64,000 nt of DNA from Nitrospirales bacterium. GTDB taxonomy: Bacteria > Nitrospirota > Nitrospiria > Nitrospirales > UBA8639. Below the pieces are notes generated by a model, which saw only the letters and a list, made by a program, of their open reading frames with translations, was not told where the DNA came from and ran no database searches. The stretch's first letter is position 1, and each line of letters opens with the position of its first letter. Position numbers and translations under genes: made by a program. Positions 40,844 to 53,000 of this stretch are shown here, in pieces. Where the stretch lies: contig CBDCWC010000002.1 in assembly GCA_965223295.1 (NCBI GenBank), positions 32,001 to 96,000 on the forward strand, given 5' to 3'.

Positions 40844-42972
40844 TGTCTCCGGCGTCTCCACAAGAAGATATTGCCCTTCCCCCATTACGAGATGATCTAC
40901 AAATCCTGTCTGGCACTCCTACGGCAGAAGGAGTGCCCACTTGGAATATTTTGGATCCCGTCCGGCATCAATACTTTCAAATAGGCTGGGCGGCATTTCA
41001 ACTTCTTTCCCAATGGCATCTGGGGTCAGCAAACAAGCTTATCGAGGTGGTCTCGAGCTCTACGACAGCCAAGGTGTCACAACGGGATGTCATGGAACTG
41101 CTACAGTTTCTCTATCGGCACAATCTCACCAGAGAGGCACCCATGGGAGGCAGCAAAGGCCTCTATGCCCAAGCCGAGCAAAGCAAGCAACATTGGCTCC
41201 TGAAACTTCTCCATAGCTATCTCTTTTTTAGAATTCCGTTGTTCAATCCCGATCGGTTCCTGCAACGAACGTCGCCCATTGTCGCTCCCCTCTATACGAA
41301 AGCAGCCTTGATCCTGATTGTGCTTTTGGGGGTGGTGGGATGCGTGGGGATTGTGCGGCAATGGGAATCATTTGCGAATACGTTTTTGTATTTCTTTTCC
41401 CTGCAAGGGATGACGGCGTATGTGTTGGGATTGCTGGGGATCAAAATCTTGCATGAGTTAGGACATGCCTATACGGCTGCCCGGTATGGCTGCCGGGTCC
41501 AGACTATGGGTGTGGGCTTTCTCATAATGGTGCCGGTCCTCTATACGGATACCACGGATTCTTGGAAATTGACATCCCGTTGGCAGCGTGCTGTGATCGC
41601 TGCAGCAGGGACAGTTGTTGAGTTGGGTATCGCTATGCTTGCTACGTTTGCATGGCATCTGTGCCCGGAAGGAGTCACAAAAAGTGTGCTCTTTGTGTTG
41701 GCCACCACGAGCTGGATCATGGGTTTGTTCATCAATCTGAATCCGCTGCTTCGCTTTGATGGGTATTACGTGTTGTCGGATTGGTTAGGGGTTCCCAATC
41801 TTCAATCACGAGCCTTTGCGTTTGGACAATGGAAGTTACGAGAATGGTTATTTGGCTGGGGGGATGCGCCTCCTGAGGAACTACCCGCTACGCGCCAGCG
41901 AATCTTGATAGGCTATGCTTGGGCGACGTGGGTCTATCGGGCGTTCATGTTTTTGGGTATTGCGGTGTTGGTCTATTATTTCTTTTTCAAAGTCTTGGGC
42001 ATTATTTTGTTTTTAGTGGAAATCGGATGGTTCCTGGCATGGCCGGTCTATCAAGAAATGCACGTGTGGTGGAAGCGACGTGATGAAGTGGCGCGTTCAT
42101 GGCGTGGGAGAGTGGTTGGTGCCCTTGTTATGCTGACGATGGTTGTAGGATTCCTCCCTCTAGATCGGATGGTGTCGATTCCAGCGGTCCTGGAGGCACG
42201 GGAGCGAGCCACAGTGTTTTCACCTGTTCCCGCCAAAATTGTCGACGTGCAAGTGAATGAAGGCGATCGAGTTCAAGAAGGCGATGCATTGATGGTGTTG
42301 GAGTCGCCCGTAACTGAGCAAAACATTCTGATGCTCGAACAACGGATCACGGCGTTACACGTGCGTTTGCAACGGGAAGCAGCGTTCCAAGAAGACCGAG
42401 ATGATCATCAAGTCTTGTGGGAACATCTTCAAGGAGAACTGAAAGAACTGGAAGGCTTGCTGAAAATTCGTGCCCAGTTAGTCCTACGGGCACCGTTTGC
42501 TGGATTGGTCACTGATACGACCTCTTCGCTGCATGAAGGCCGATGGGTTAAAGCTGAGCTTCCTCTCATGCATCTCATCAAACCAGAAGGAATGGTTGTT
42601 CAGGCGTATGCGACAGAAGAACAACATGCTCGAATTGGCTCACAGAGCGAGGGGTGGTTTTATGCGGACGACCCAGCTTTGCCTGCTCGACGGAGTCGCA
42701 TACAGGATCTTCAGGAAGTGGATGAATCACATTTTTCTCTGTCCTATTTGGCTTCGCTGTATTCAGGCCCTGTGCCCGTCCGCCAAGATGAGCAGGGCAA
42801 TCTCAAGCCCGAGACTTCTATCTATCGCGTTCTCTTGGATGTCGACGATGGAGGTGGTCACTGGCCTCAAGCCGTGCGAGGAATCGTCCAGGTTCAAGCA
42901 GAATCCCAGAGTGCTTGGGGACAACTCTGGGAACATGTCGCAGCGGTCTTTATCCGAGAAAGTGGGATGTGA
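40843..42972 (+). CDS. Fusion of PqqD/RRE-like domain, site-2 (M50) zinc protease and periplasmic adaptor
   Basis: LHELGH (HExxH) and NLNPLLRFDGY M50 motifs within a multi-TM region; C-terminal VNEGDRV and LRAPFAG adaptor motifs; N-terminal ILDPVRHQYFQIG...helical bundle. Confidence 0.88.
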   Translation: MSPASPQEDIALPPLRDDLQILSGTPTAEGVPTWNILDPVRHQYFQIGWAAFQLLSQWHLGSANKLIEVVSSSTTAKVSQRDVMELLQFLYRHNLTREAPMGGSKGLYAQAEQSKQHWLLKLLHSYLFFRIPLFNPDRFLQRTSPIVAPLYTKAALILIVLLGVVGCVGIVRQWESFANTFLYFFSLQGMTAYVLGLLGIKILHELGHAYTAARYGCRVQTMGVGFLIMVPVLYTDTTDSWKLTSRWQRAVIAAAGTVVELGIAMLATFAWHLCPEGVTKSVLFVLATTSWIMGLFINLNPLLRFDGYYVLSDWLGVPNLQSRAFAFGQWKLREWLFGWGDAPPEELPATRQRILIGYAWATWVYRAFMFLGIAVLVYYFFFKVLGIILFLVEIGWFLAWPVYQEMHVWWKRRDEVARSWRGRVVGALVMLTMVVGFLPLDRMVSIPAVLEARERATVFSPVPAKIVDVQVNEGDRVQEGDALMVLESPVTEQNILMLEQRITALHVRLQREAAFQEDRDDHQVLWEHLQGELKELEGLLKIRAQLVLRAPFAGLVTDTTSSLHEGRWVKAELPLMHLIKPEGMVVQAYATEEQHARIGSQSEGWFYADDPALPARRSRIQDLQEVDESHFSLSYLASLYSGPVPVRQDEQGNLKPETSIYRVLLDVDDGGGHWPQAVRGIVQVQAESQSAWGQLWEHVAAVFIRESGM

Positions 42973-43068
42973 AAAGTGGAAGAGTGGAAAGTGAACAGGG
43001 AGAAGCAAAACATTAGATATAGAGACGTTCCGATGGGGTGTCTTCTTTCTCGCTCCGTAACCGTTTCT

Positions 43069-43467
43069 TCATTTCAATAAGGTGAATTCAGAAGATTTGC
43101 TGGCCTGACGATCAAATGTCATTGTTGTGGTGCAATGCTTGCTGTGATTGATTCGACTCAAGAGATAATCTGCAAAATCTGCTGGATTGTTCCGATAATC
43201 CTCTAAGGCTTGCCAAACCACCTGTGGCTCGTCAACACGAAGTTGAGCCACGCGCAAAATTTGTTCAAGAGTTTTGATCAGGGTGTTCTTAGGCTGGTCA
43301 TAGCATCCTTCTAATACCCAAAGGGTTTCGCATAACACCAAATGATTGAGAAATCCTGGGTCGTCTTTTGTACAGGTTCCCTCGATTAGAACTGTCGCAG
43401 ATTTGGCTTGAGGAAGATCGTCCTGGACAAGGTATCGAACTAAAACGTTGGTATCAATCCCTATCAC
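43069..43467 (-). CDS. vapC: VapC PIN-domain toxin
   Basis: IDTNVLVRYL, E..WVL, DFAD, TFD. Confidence 0.92.
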   Translation of the reverse strand: MIGIDTNVLVRYLVQDDLPQAKSATVLIEGTCTKDDPGFLNHLVLCETLWVLEGCYDQPKNTLIKTLEQILRVAQLRVDEPQVVWQALEDYRNNPADFADYLLSRINHSKHCTTTMTFDRQASKSSEFTLLK

Positions 43468-43702
43468 CGCTTTTCCCTCGTTGTTTAATTACTGACCGCA
43501 TAGCTTCCAATGAAACTGATTGTTTGGGCCTTGGAATTAGGCCTTTCAAGGTCGTGACGTCTGAGGTCACCGGCCAGACAGTGACCTGTCCATTAGGCCC
43601 AAGCAAAAATTCGACTCGGTCCCCTGGTTGCAGCTGTAGCTGGTCTCGAATGACTTTTGGAAGGGTAATTTGCCCTTTACTCGTCAAGGTAGCAACAGAC
43701 AT
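43454..43702 (-). CDS. vapB: AbrB/MazE/SpoVT-family antitoxin
   Basis: TLTSKGQITLPKVIRDQLQLQPGDRVEF; overlaps the toxin start. Confidence 0.92.
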   Translation of the reverse strand: MSVATLTSKGQITLPKVIRDQLQLQPGDRVEFLLGPNGQVTVWPVTSDVTTLKGLIPRPKQSVSLEAMRSVIKQRGKSGDRD

Positions 43703-43727
43703 AAAAATCCTTTCTAATATTAATAAT

Positions 43728-43745
43728 CCTTACCATGCAGTAAGG
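43728..43745. promoter_or_regulatory. Possible antitoxin operator
   Basis: CCTTAC-N6-GTAAGG inverted repeat upstream of the antitoxin, next to TTGACC on the - strand (43751-43756). Confidence 0.45.
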
Positions 43746-44020
43746 GGAATGGTCAAGAAACTCGTGGACCTTTTATTTCATGAAAGTCTTAAAGTTTTTT
43801 ATAAATGCCAAAGCCGAGCAATACCTTTTCAGTCAAGAGAATCTCCAACAATGGTGAGTAATCTCAAAATAACTGGGCAACATATTCCTCTGATTCCGTC
43901 AAGAGATTCACTAAATGCCCGACAAGGAAATGAGGTCCCCTCGTTTGAGGGAGGAGAGGCTTCTACCCAATACACTGGGGAATAGTTCTCACCCTGATGA
44001 TATAGACAGGAAGCTGAACA

Positions 44021-47000
44021 ATGAAAAAGATGAATTGTAAGCCCGCCACATTGGAGTCGGCCCAAGAAAAGAAAAGTAGGCCGTCTAAGGCCGGGACCAC
44101 TAAAAAGAAAAAGAATCCACCCTTGGAAGAGTTCGAAGTGATAGAGCCATCTGGGGGAATCGGGACGCTGGTAGCTCTAGAGCCTCGTATCATGTTTGAT
44201 GGGGCAGCGGTCGCCACTGGAGCCGAGGTCATCCAAGACGCCATGACAACGGATCAAACTCCAATCCCCGGAAGTGATGGAGATATGCCTGCTGGTCAAG
44301 ATACTGCTCAAAACTCAGATGAGATCCTCTGGTCGTCTGGTCTTTCACTCTCGGCTCCCTCGGATCGTAAGGAAATTGTGTTCATAGATACGAGTGTGGA
44401 TGACTATCAAACACTTATGGCAGGCATCGATCCCAATGCGGAAGTTATTCTCTTAGACCCTACCCGTGATGGCATTGAACAAATCGCAGAGATTCTCGGG
44501 GATCGCTCGGATATTGATGCCATCCATCTCATTTCACATGGAGATCCAGGGGAGCTGCAACTCGGCACAGGGACACTTAACCTTGCGTCGATGCAAGGGG
44601 AGTATGCCGACGAACTAGCCATTATAAGCCAAGCCTTAACAGAAGAAGCGGATTTTCTCATCTACGGCTGTAATTTTGGAGAAGGCGAATCTGGCAGTAA
44701 TGCCGCCACTCTCCTAGCCGAACTGACCGGGGCGGATATCGCCGCTAGCATCGACCTCACAGGGGCCGAAGCGCTGGGCGGCGACTGGGATCTTGAAGTG
44801 CAAACCGGCTCTATTGAAACGGCCGTAATTATTGATGAGCAAGTGCAAGAGGACTTTGCTGGCGTTTTAGATATCACCACGGGGTTAGTTGGTAATTGGA
44901 CGTTTGATGCGGACGCCACTGATTCAAGCGGCAATAATTATGACGGAACCTTAACTGGTGATGCGTCAATTGATACCGCAGATGCCACAGATATTGTAGG
45001 AGAGGGCAAGCTTTCGCTGGATGGCAGCGGGGACTATGTTGATCTCTCGGCCCATGTAGCAACCTTCAATAGCTTTTCGGAAGGCACGATTACCGCCTGG
45101 GTGAGGACCACCGATTCCGGCGAGAGCGTCATTTTCGACATGACGGACAACGATGGCAGTGGCGAGGTGGCGAAGTTTGGCATAGAGGCCGGCGGGCAAC
45201 TGAAGTGGCTGACGTTCAATGACGTGGGTGGCTATGTGATTGCCTATAGTGATGCGACCGTCAATGATGGAAACTGGCATCATGTCGCAGTCACCGTCGG
45301 GGCAGGCGGCAATACCCTGTATATCGATGGCGCAGTGGTCAGTGTGACCTATTCTGGGGGAAGCAGCTCAGATTCCGACTTTCTCAGTGCGATTACCGGT
45401 GCCGATTCGGTGAGCATTGGCCGCTCGGAGTATACCGGGAGTACTGCCGACTACAGTGGATTGGTCGATAACGTACATTTGTACAATCGGGTCTTGAGTC
45501 TCGGAGATATCCAAGAACTCATGGCCGAGGCCCCAACCTCTTATGGCGAAATTGGGCACTGGACCTTTGATGCGGATGCAACGGATTCGAGCGGGAATAA
45601 CTACGATGGAACGCTGACCAATGGCGCCACCGTCGATACGACCGATACGACCGATCAGGTGGGTGTGGCCAAACTGTCGTTGGATGGGACGAATGATTAT
45701 GTTGATCTCTCTAGTCACGTATCCAATTTTAGTAGTCTCAATGAAGGCACCATTTCTGCTTGGGTCAACACCACCGGGACCTCCGAAACGATATTTTCAA
45801 TCTCTGATACGGCGGACGCCAATAGTTATGCCACCTTGTTTGTAGGGGTTTCCGGGTACCTCACGTTTGAAGTGTATGAAAATGGAACCCCATTGTTGGC
45901 GGTCTATAATGGGAATGGGGACACGATTAATGATGGGGCATGGCATCACGTGTCGATCTCAATGAGTGCGACAGGGCATAGTCTCTACATAGATGGACAA
46001 CTGATTGCACCAGGCGATCTGATCTATGATACAGGGTCATCAAGCACAAGTGCGTTCTTTAATGATGTTTCTGGCCTGGATGCCATGGCGATCGGACGCA
46101 TTGAAAACTCAAGTGGAGGACGATGGTATTCAAGCGGCTTGATTGATGATGTTCGTGTGCATAATCGAGCATTAAGCACGGCAGTTATTGATCAGTTAGC
46201 GCAAGAAGGGCCTGTTGCCAACGATGATACAGCGACGACTAGTGTAGACACTGCGGTAAATATTAATCTAACTGCAAACGACACTGATCTAGACAGCGAA
46301 ACCATCACGGTCCTTGATGTCAGCAATCCCACCAACGGCACGGTGGTGAATAATGAAGACGGCACCGTCACCTATACTCCCGATGGTGGTTATTCCGGGC
46401 CTGACAGCTTTACCTATCTTACGGCCGATCTGGATGACACGGTCAGCTATTGGCGGTTAGACGGCGATGCCACTGATGCGGTGGGGAGCAATGATGGGAC
46501 GATTACAGGCACGACCACCGTGGAAGGCCATTATGGGGATGCGCTGAGTTTCGATGAAGTCGATGACAAAGTGGTGATTTCTGATTTCGCGATCAATAAC
46601 GAGTTTTCCATCTCCTTTAAAATTAAAATCGATGATAACACGGGCTCGTTGTTTCAATATATCTACAGCCACGGGGATATCAATTCGACCAACAGCTTGA
46701 ATGTATTTCTGGTTGAGGCGTCTCATGGAGACCTTGCAGCCCAAAATAAATTGCGAACGGTCATTCGTGACACCAACGATACCCTCTTAAACACGGCTTT
46801 GGAATTTGATGCGAGTAGTATCATCGGGGATGGCAATTGGCACACCTACACCTTGACGGTGGCGGCAGGAGAAGGGGCCAAAGTCTATCTCGATGGGGTG
46901 CTGCAAAATACTGATGCGACGCGTGGAGGCGATGCCTTTGATCCTGGGACTAACCTCTATCTTGGAGCTAGGCAGGACCTCGATTCCAATCGGTTTTTCG

Positions 47001-50000
47001 GAGGAGCATTGGACAGTGTCCAAGTATTCAATCGTGCATTGAGTGCTTCTGAGGCCAATGAGACTCACACCGGCGGGAGTTCACTAGGGACTGTGAATGT
47101 TACAATTGATTCCAATGCCACACCGGTCAACACGGTGCCCGGGGCGCAGGCGGTGGCCGAAGATACTTCATTAGCGATCACCGGGATCTCGGTCAATGAT
47201 TCGGATGGAAATCTCTCCACGGTCCAACTCTCGGTCACCAATGGCACGTTGAGTGTCACCCTTTCCGGTTCTGCCGCGATTAGTGCAGGGGCTGACGGCA
47301 CCAATACATTGACTCTTTCTGGCACGCAAGCCGATATTAATGCGACTTTGGCCAGTCTCACCTATCAAGGCGATCTGAACTACACGGGCAGCGATACGCT
47401 GACGGTAACCAGCACTGACGCCAATAGCGCGACGGATGTCGATACCGTGGCAATCACGGTCAATGCGGTGAACGATGCGCCCACCGACTTATCAAGCGGC
47501 ATTGAGGTGAATACGGACGGTGGGAATGATGCCTACCTGATTGCCGACGATGGCGGTGCGATCTTGGGTGGCCTCTCGTCGGTGACCTTTGAGATCCAGT
47601 TTGCCACGGACGATACGAGTTCGTTTACGCCGCTTGTCTCCTACGCGACGGCGACGAATGACAACGAGTTCGCTTTTGTGTTCGCCGGAACTGATGCCTA
47701 TCTCTACATCGCAAACAACGACATTCTGCTCAATAGTATTGACTACACGAGTCTCAGGGATGGAACGCTGCAGCATCTGGCCGTCACCTGGGACAACACG
47801 AATGGGGATTGGGCAGTTTACAGCAACGGCGTGCTCATTGAGCAGGGCACGGGTCATGAGGTGGGCAATACCATTGAGGGCGGGGGTGAGCTGGTGTTCG
47901 GTAACGAACAGGATGCGCTGGGCGGTTCTTTTCAATCCAACCAGGCGTTCAAAGGCACCTACTACGACGTCCGCATCTGGAACGATGTGCGAACCGCCGG
48001 TGAGATTGCCCAGTATGATCAGCAGCAGCTCGCTCTGACACCGTCAGGAGCGGCAGCCATCGGCCTAGTGGCCAATTGGCAGATGGATGGTCTCGATGGT
48101 TCCAACCAGGTGGTCGATATCGTCAGTGGCAACAACCTGAGCATTGCGCATGCGAGTGGGACGGGATTCACTGCAGGAAACGTGGATTCACAACTGTCGA
48201 TCGATGAAAATAGTGCCAACGGCAGCCATGTTGGTTTTGTGACGACGCAAGACCCCGATGCTAGCGAAACGTTCAGCTATAGCCTCACTGATTCTGCTGG
48301 GGGACGGTTTGCCATCAATGCGTCCACGGGCGAGATCACGGTTGCCGATGGATCGCTGCTCGACTACGAATCGTCCACCTCCCACAGCGTTACCGTGCGG
48401 GTGACTGATTCCGGTGGGCTGACCTATGATGAGGTCCTTACGATTCAAATCAATGATCTCGACGAGGCGCCAGTCAACACGGTGCCGGGGGGGCAAACGA
48501 CCAATGAAGATACCACTCTCACCTTTAATACGACTAACAGTAATCTGATCTCCATTGCGGATGATGCTGGCGATACCTTGGTGGTCACCGTGTCAGTAAA
48601 TAACGGCACCGTGACATTGTCGGGCACGACCGGTCTGACTTTCACGGCTGGAGACGGGACGGCCGATGCCACGATGACCTTCTCCGGCACGGTGGAAGAC
48701 ATCAATGCCGCGCTGGATGGCCTGCAATACGACCCCACCACGGATTACTCCGGAAGCGATACGCTCACCATCACAAGCTACGATCAAACGCTCTACTCCT
48801 TGGATTTTGACGCCAACCTGCAAGGGTATTATCAGTTCGACAGCGCCGACCCTGGTAATGACAGCAGCCCAAGTGGGACGCTAGATGGCACGCTTAATGG
48901 CGACGCGACGGTGGTCACAGATGGAACAAGAGGGGATGTGCTATCTCTAGATGGTACCGGTGACTATGTGGAGATTGCCGGAACATTATCAAATCCCACC
49001 AACGTCACCCTTTCCGCTTGGGTGAAATATTCTTCCGCCCCGGCCAATGGGGGTGAAGTGATCTCTATCGGCAACGACATCGCGTTGCGAGTTGATGATT
49101 GGACACAGGGGGTAACGGGATTCTTCTGGGACGGGACCACTCATCAATTTGTTGGAAGCAATGTCAGTTTGGCCGATAACAGTTGGCACCATATTGCGTT
49201 TTCCTTCGATGATGGTGCGAACACTCAAAGTCTCTACATTGATGGGACTTTAGTTGCTTCGGGGAACTTTACCTCTTCCATTACCTATACTGGCTGGTTC
49301 CCTCAAACGACGATCGGAACCCACGCTGATTTGGGCGACTCTAGTTTTGACTTTAGTGGGTTGATCGATGACGCCCGAATCTATGATCGCGCCTTATCCG
49401 CCAGCGAAATTCAGGGATTGGCCTCCGCGCCGGTCACCGCCAGCGACACCGATACGGTGGCTATGATTGTGACTGCAGTGAACGATGCGCCGGTGAACAC
49501 GGTGCCAGGGGCGCAAGTGGTTCTTGAGGATTCCGCGTTGAACATCACGGGCATTTCCGTGAATGACGTGGACGGCAATCTGTCCACTGTCCAGCTGTCC
49601 GTCACGAACGGGACACTGAATGTGACTTTAAGTGGCGCGGCGACGATTAGTGCAGGGGCGAACGGAACGAACACTCTGACCTTGAGTGGGACCCAAACCG
49701 ACATCAATGCGACGTTAGCTAGCCTGACTTATCAGGGTGCTCTCAATTATGTCGGGGGTGATACATTGACCGTGCTCTCAACGGACAGCAATGCGGATAC
49801 TGATTCTGACATGGTCACCATCACCGTCAATCAAGATAATGATGCGCCGGTGGTCACCGCTAGCGGTGGGGTGACGAGTTATGCCGAACAAGCGACTGCC
49901 ACTGTGATTGATAGCGCGGTGACCTTAGTAGACCCCGATGGTTTTGATGGGACCGATCCGTCGGATCAGTATGTGGGTGTGGTTCAGATCACAGGGAATT

Positions 50001-53000
50001 ACGAGGCGGCAGATATTTTGGGCTTTACCAACACCTCGAAGATTCAAGGCAATCTCGTAGGCGATACCTTGACACTCACGGTCATTGGCGGGCAGACCGC
50101 GACGGTTGCGGAGTTTGAGGCGGCCTTGCGCACCGTCACTTTCTATAACGGAAGTGATACGCCAGGAGTGTTGGATCGGACGATTACCTTTAGCTTTGAT
50201 GATGGAGTGGATAGCTCCAACTCATCTACGAAAACGGTGCAATTGTCAGCCGTGAATGATCAAGCTATTGCTGATCTTAATGGGGTGGATGGGGGAGGAA
50301 ATAATTATTCCACGACCTTTACGGAAGGATCGAGTGCTGTCAATGTCACTGATACCGATGCCACACTGAGTGATGTAGATCACTCCACATACGATTCCAT
50401 CGGCATCAATTTGTCCGGCTTTGTGGATGGGAGTAATGAAAAGATCACCATCGGAGGTTATACCTTCACGTTTGGCACCGCAGAAACCGTTGTCCGAACT
50501 GTCGGGGCCACGGATTTTGAGATCGACTTTGATGGGAGTGGCTTTTCTATACAAAAAAATATCAGTGGCGAAATGCCGGAGGCAGACCTGCAAACTCTCC
50601 TTCGTGGCATCACGTACGAAAATATTTCAGAAAACCCGACTATTGGGAATCGTACCATCGATTTTATTCCCCAAGATGGTGATGCCTTGGTCGGACAGAC
50701 CTCTACCAGCACCATTACGGTAGCCGCTACCAACGATGCACCCGTTATTGCCAATTTAGGCGGTGATGCGCTCACCTACACCGAAGGTGATGGAGCCCAA
50801 GTAATTGAGCAGAGTGCCGATGCTGCCGTTTCGGATGTGGATAGTTCCAACTTCGATACCGGCACCTTAACGGTTTCCTTCCAAGCTGGCAGTGATTCCG
50901 CCGAAGACATCTTGAGTATTCGCAACCAAGGCACGGGGGCAGGGCAGATTGGCGTGAGTGGTTCAAATGTCACCTATCAAGGGGTCACGATCGGCACATT
51001 CACTGGGGGATCGGGTGGGACCGATCTGGTAATTACCTTGAATGCCAGTGCTGATGCAGATGCCGTCAGCGCCTTAATCCAAAATATCACCTATGAGAAT
51101 ACCGATATCGATAATCCCACGACTGGTGCCCGCACCGTGCGTTACATTCTGACCGATGGGGATAGCGGCACGAGCGCCAATTACGACACGACCGTGACAG
51201 TCAGCGCGGTCAATGATATGCCTATCATCACGACCTCCGGAGGAATTTCGATTGACGAAGATACCTCGGGCACGATGATGCTTTCCATCAATGATCCTGA
51301 CGTTGGCAGTGGAAACCTTCGAGTGACACTGACCGTCAGCAATGGATTGATTTCTTTAGCTTCCACCACTGGGCTGACCTTCACAACGGGTGATGGTACC
51401 AGTGATCTTACGATGACCTTCGAAGGCACCCAAGCCGATGTGAACACGGCCTTAGCCACGATCACCTATACACCAAACCCGGATTATACGGGATCAGATT
51501 CGCTGAGTTATTCCATTAATGATTTGGGGAATACAGGTGGACCTGCCAATACGTTTAATGCGGCTGTGGGCATCACCGTGAATTCTGTCAACGACGCGCC
51601 GGTCAATACAGTGCCGGGGGCGCAAGTGGTGGCGGAAGATACCGCGCTGAATATCAGCGGCATTAGCGTCAATGACGTGGATGGTAATCTGAGCAAGGTG
51701 CAGCTGGCGGTAACCAACGGGACCTTGAACGTGACGCTCTCGGGCAGTGCTACGATTAGCACGGGTGCGAATGGGACGAGCACCTTGACCTTAAGCGGCA
51801 CGCAAGCTGACATCAATGCGACCTTGGCGAGCCTCAGCTATCAAGGGACCCTGAACTATACCGGGGCGGATACGCTGACGGTGACCAGCACTGACGCTAA
51901 CAGTGTGACAGACGTCGATACGGTGGCGATTAATGTCGGATTGTTTGTGACCACGACCAGTGATGTGTCCGATGGCGATACGTCCTCCACTGCGGCTCTG
52001 TTGGCGAACATGGGGGCTGATGGATTCATCTCTTTGCGAGAAGCCATTGAAGCGACCAATAACACGCTGGGCTTGGACACCATTAGTTTTAACATTGGAT
52101 TAAGCGATGCTGGACATGTGTATTACCAAGATGATGCGATTGGTGGATCGCTTTCGACAATAGTGAATACGACGTTAGCGGATGGCAGTATTTCAGACTT
52201 TGATGCCGATTATGTTGGTGGTGCTGGGCAAGGTTTTTCTTGGTGGCAGATTGAACCTACCTCTCTGTTACCGAGCATTACCGATTCGGTGATTATTGAT
52301 GGGTCGACGCAAGCTGGGTGGCAAGCCGGGCGTCCGGTCATTGAACTCAGTGGGTCGTTGGCTGGGACGGGAGCGAATTTCAATGGCTTGACCCTCAACT
52401 CAGCAGCCGGCAGTACGATTCGTGGTTTGGCGATTAATCAATTCGATTGGGCTGGCATTCAGCTCAATGGCGGCGGCGGACATACGATTGTTAGCAATTT
52501 TATTGGCACGGATATTACCGGCACCCAAGACTTGGGCAATCGAATCAACGGGATCGAGGTGAGTTCGCTTAATAGTAACAATGTGATTGGTGGGACCACG
52601 TTAGTTGATCGGAATGTGATTGCTGGAAACGACCAAGGGGAGATCACGTTAGGTTCTGGCACAGGGAATATCGTGCAGGGTAATTATTTGGGTGTGGATG
52701 TCACAGGGATGAATCGGTTGGGTAATAGCTATGGATTGCGTATCTATGGTGACAGCAATCAAATCGGGGGAACCGGCGCAGGAGAAGAAAATGTCATTGC
52801 TGGGATACGTTTAGAAACCAGCGCGCAATCCAATACCTTTGAAGGCAATTTTATTGGAACCAATGCAGCTGGAACAGCATCCATCGGGGGGACCTGGGGG
52901 ATGGTGGTGTATGGATCGGATAATGTGATTGGTGGCACCGCCACGGGGGCTGGCAATGTGATTGCTGGGAATTCCTCAATCGGCATCTTGTTATCGGGGA

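Noticed and set aside
36905-42972. Ordinary RND drug-efflux operon or classical T1SS
   Set aside because: No RND permease or ABC ATPase, and the putative substrates lack RTX repeats.
43021-43046. Weak hairpin between the convergent M50 fusion and vapC genes
   Set aside because: Stem relies on several G-U pairs; too weak to call a terminator or REP.
43368-43985. 205 aa + strand ORF
   Set aside because: Overlaps vapBC on the opposite strand and has no recognisable domain.
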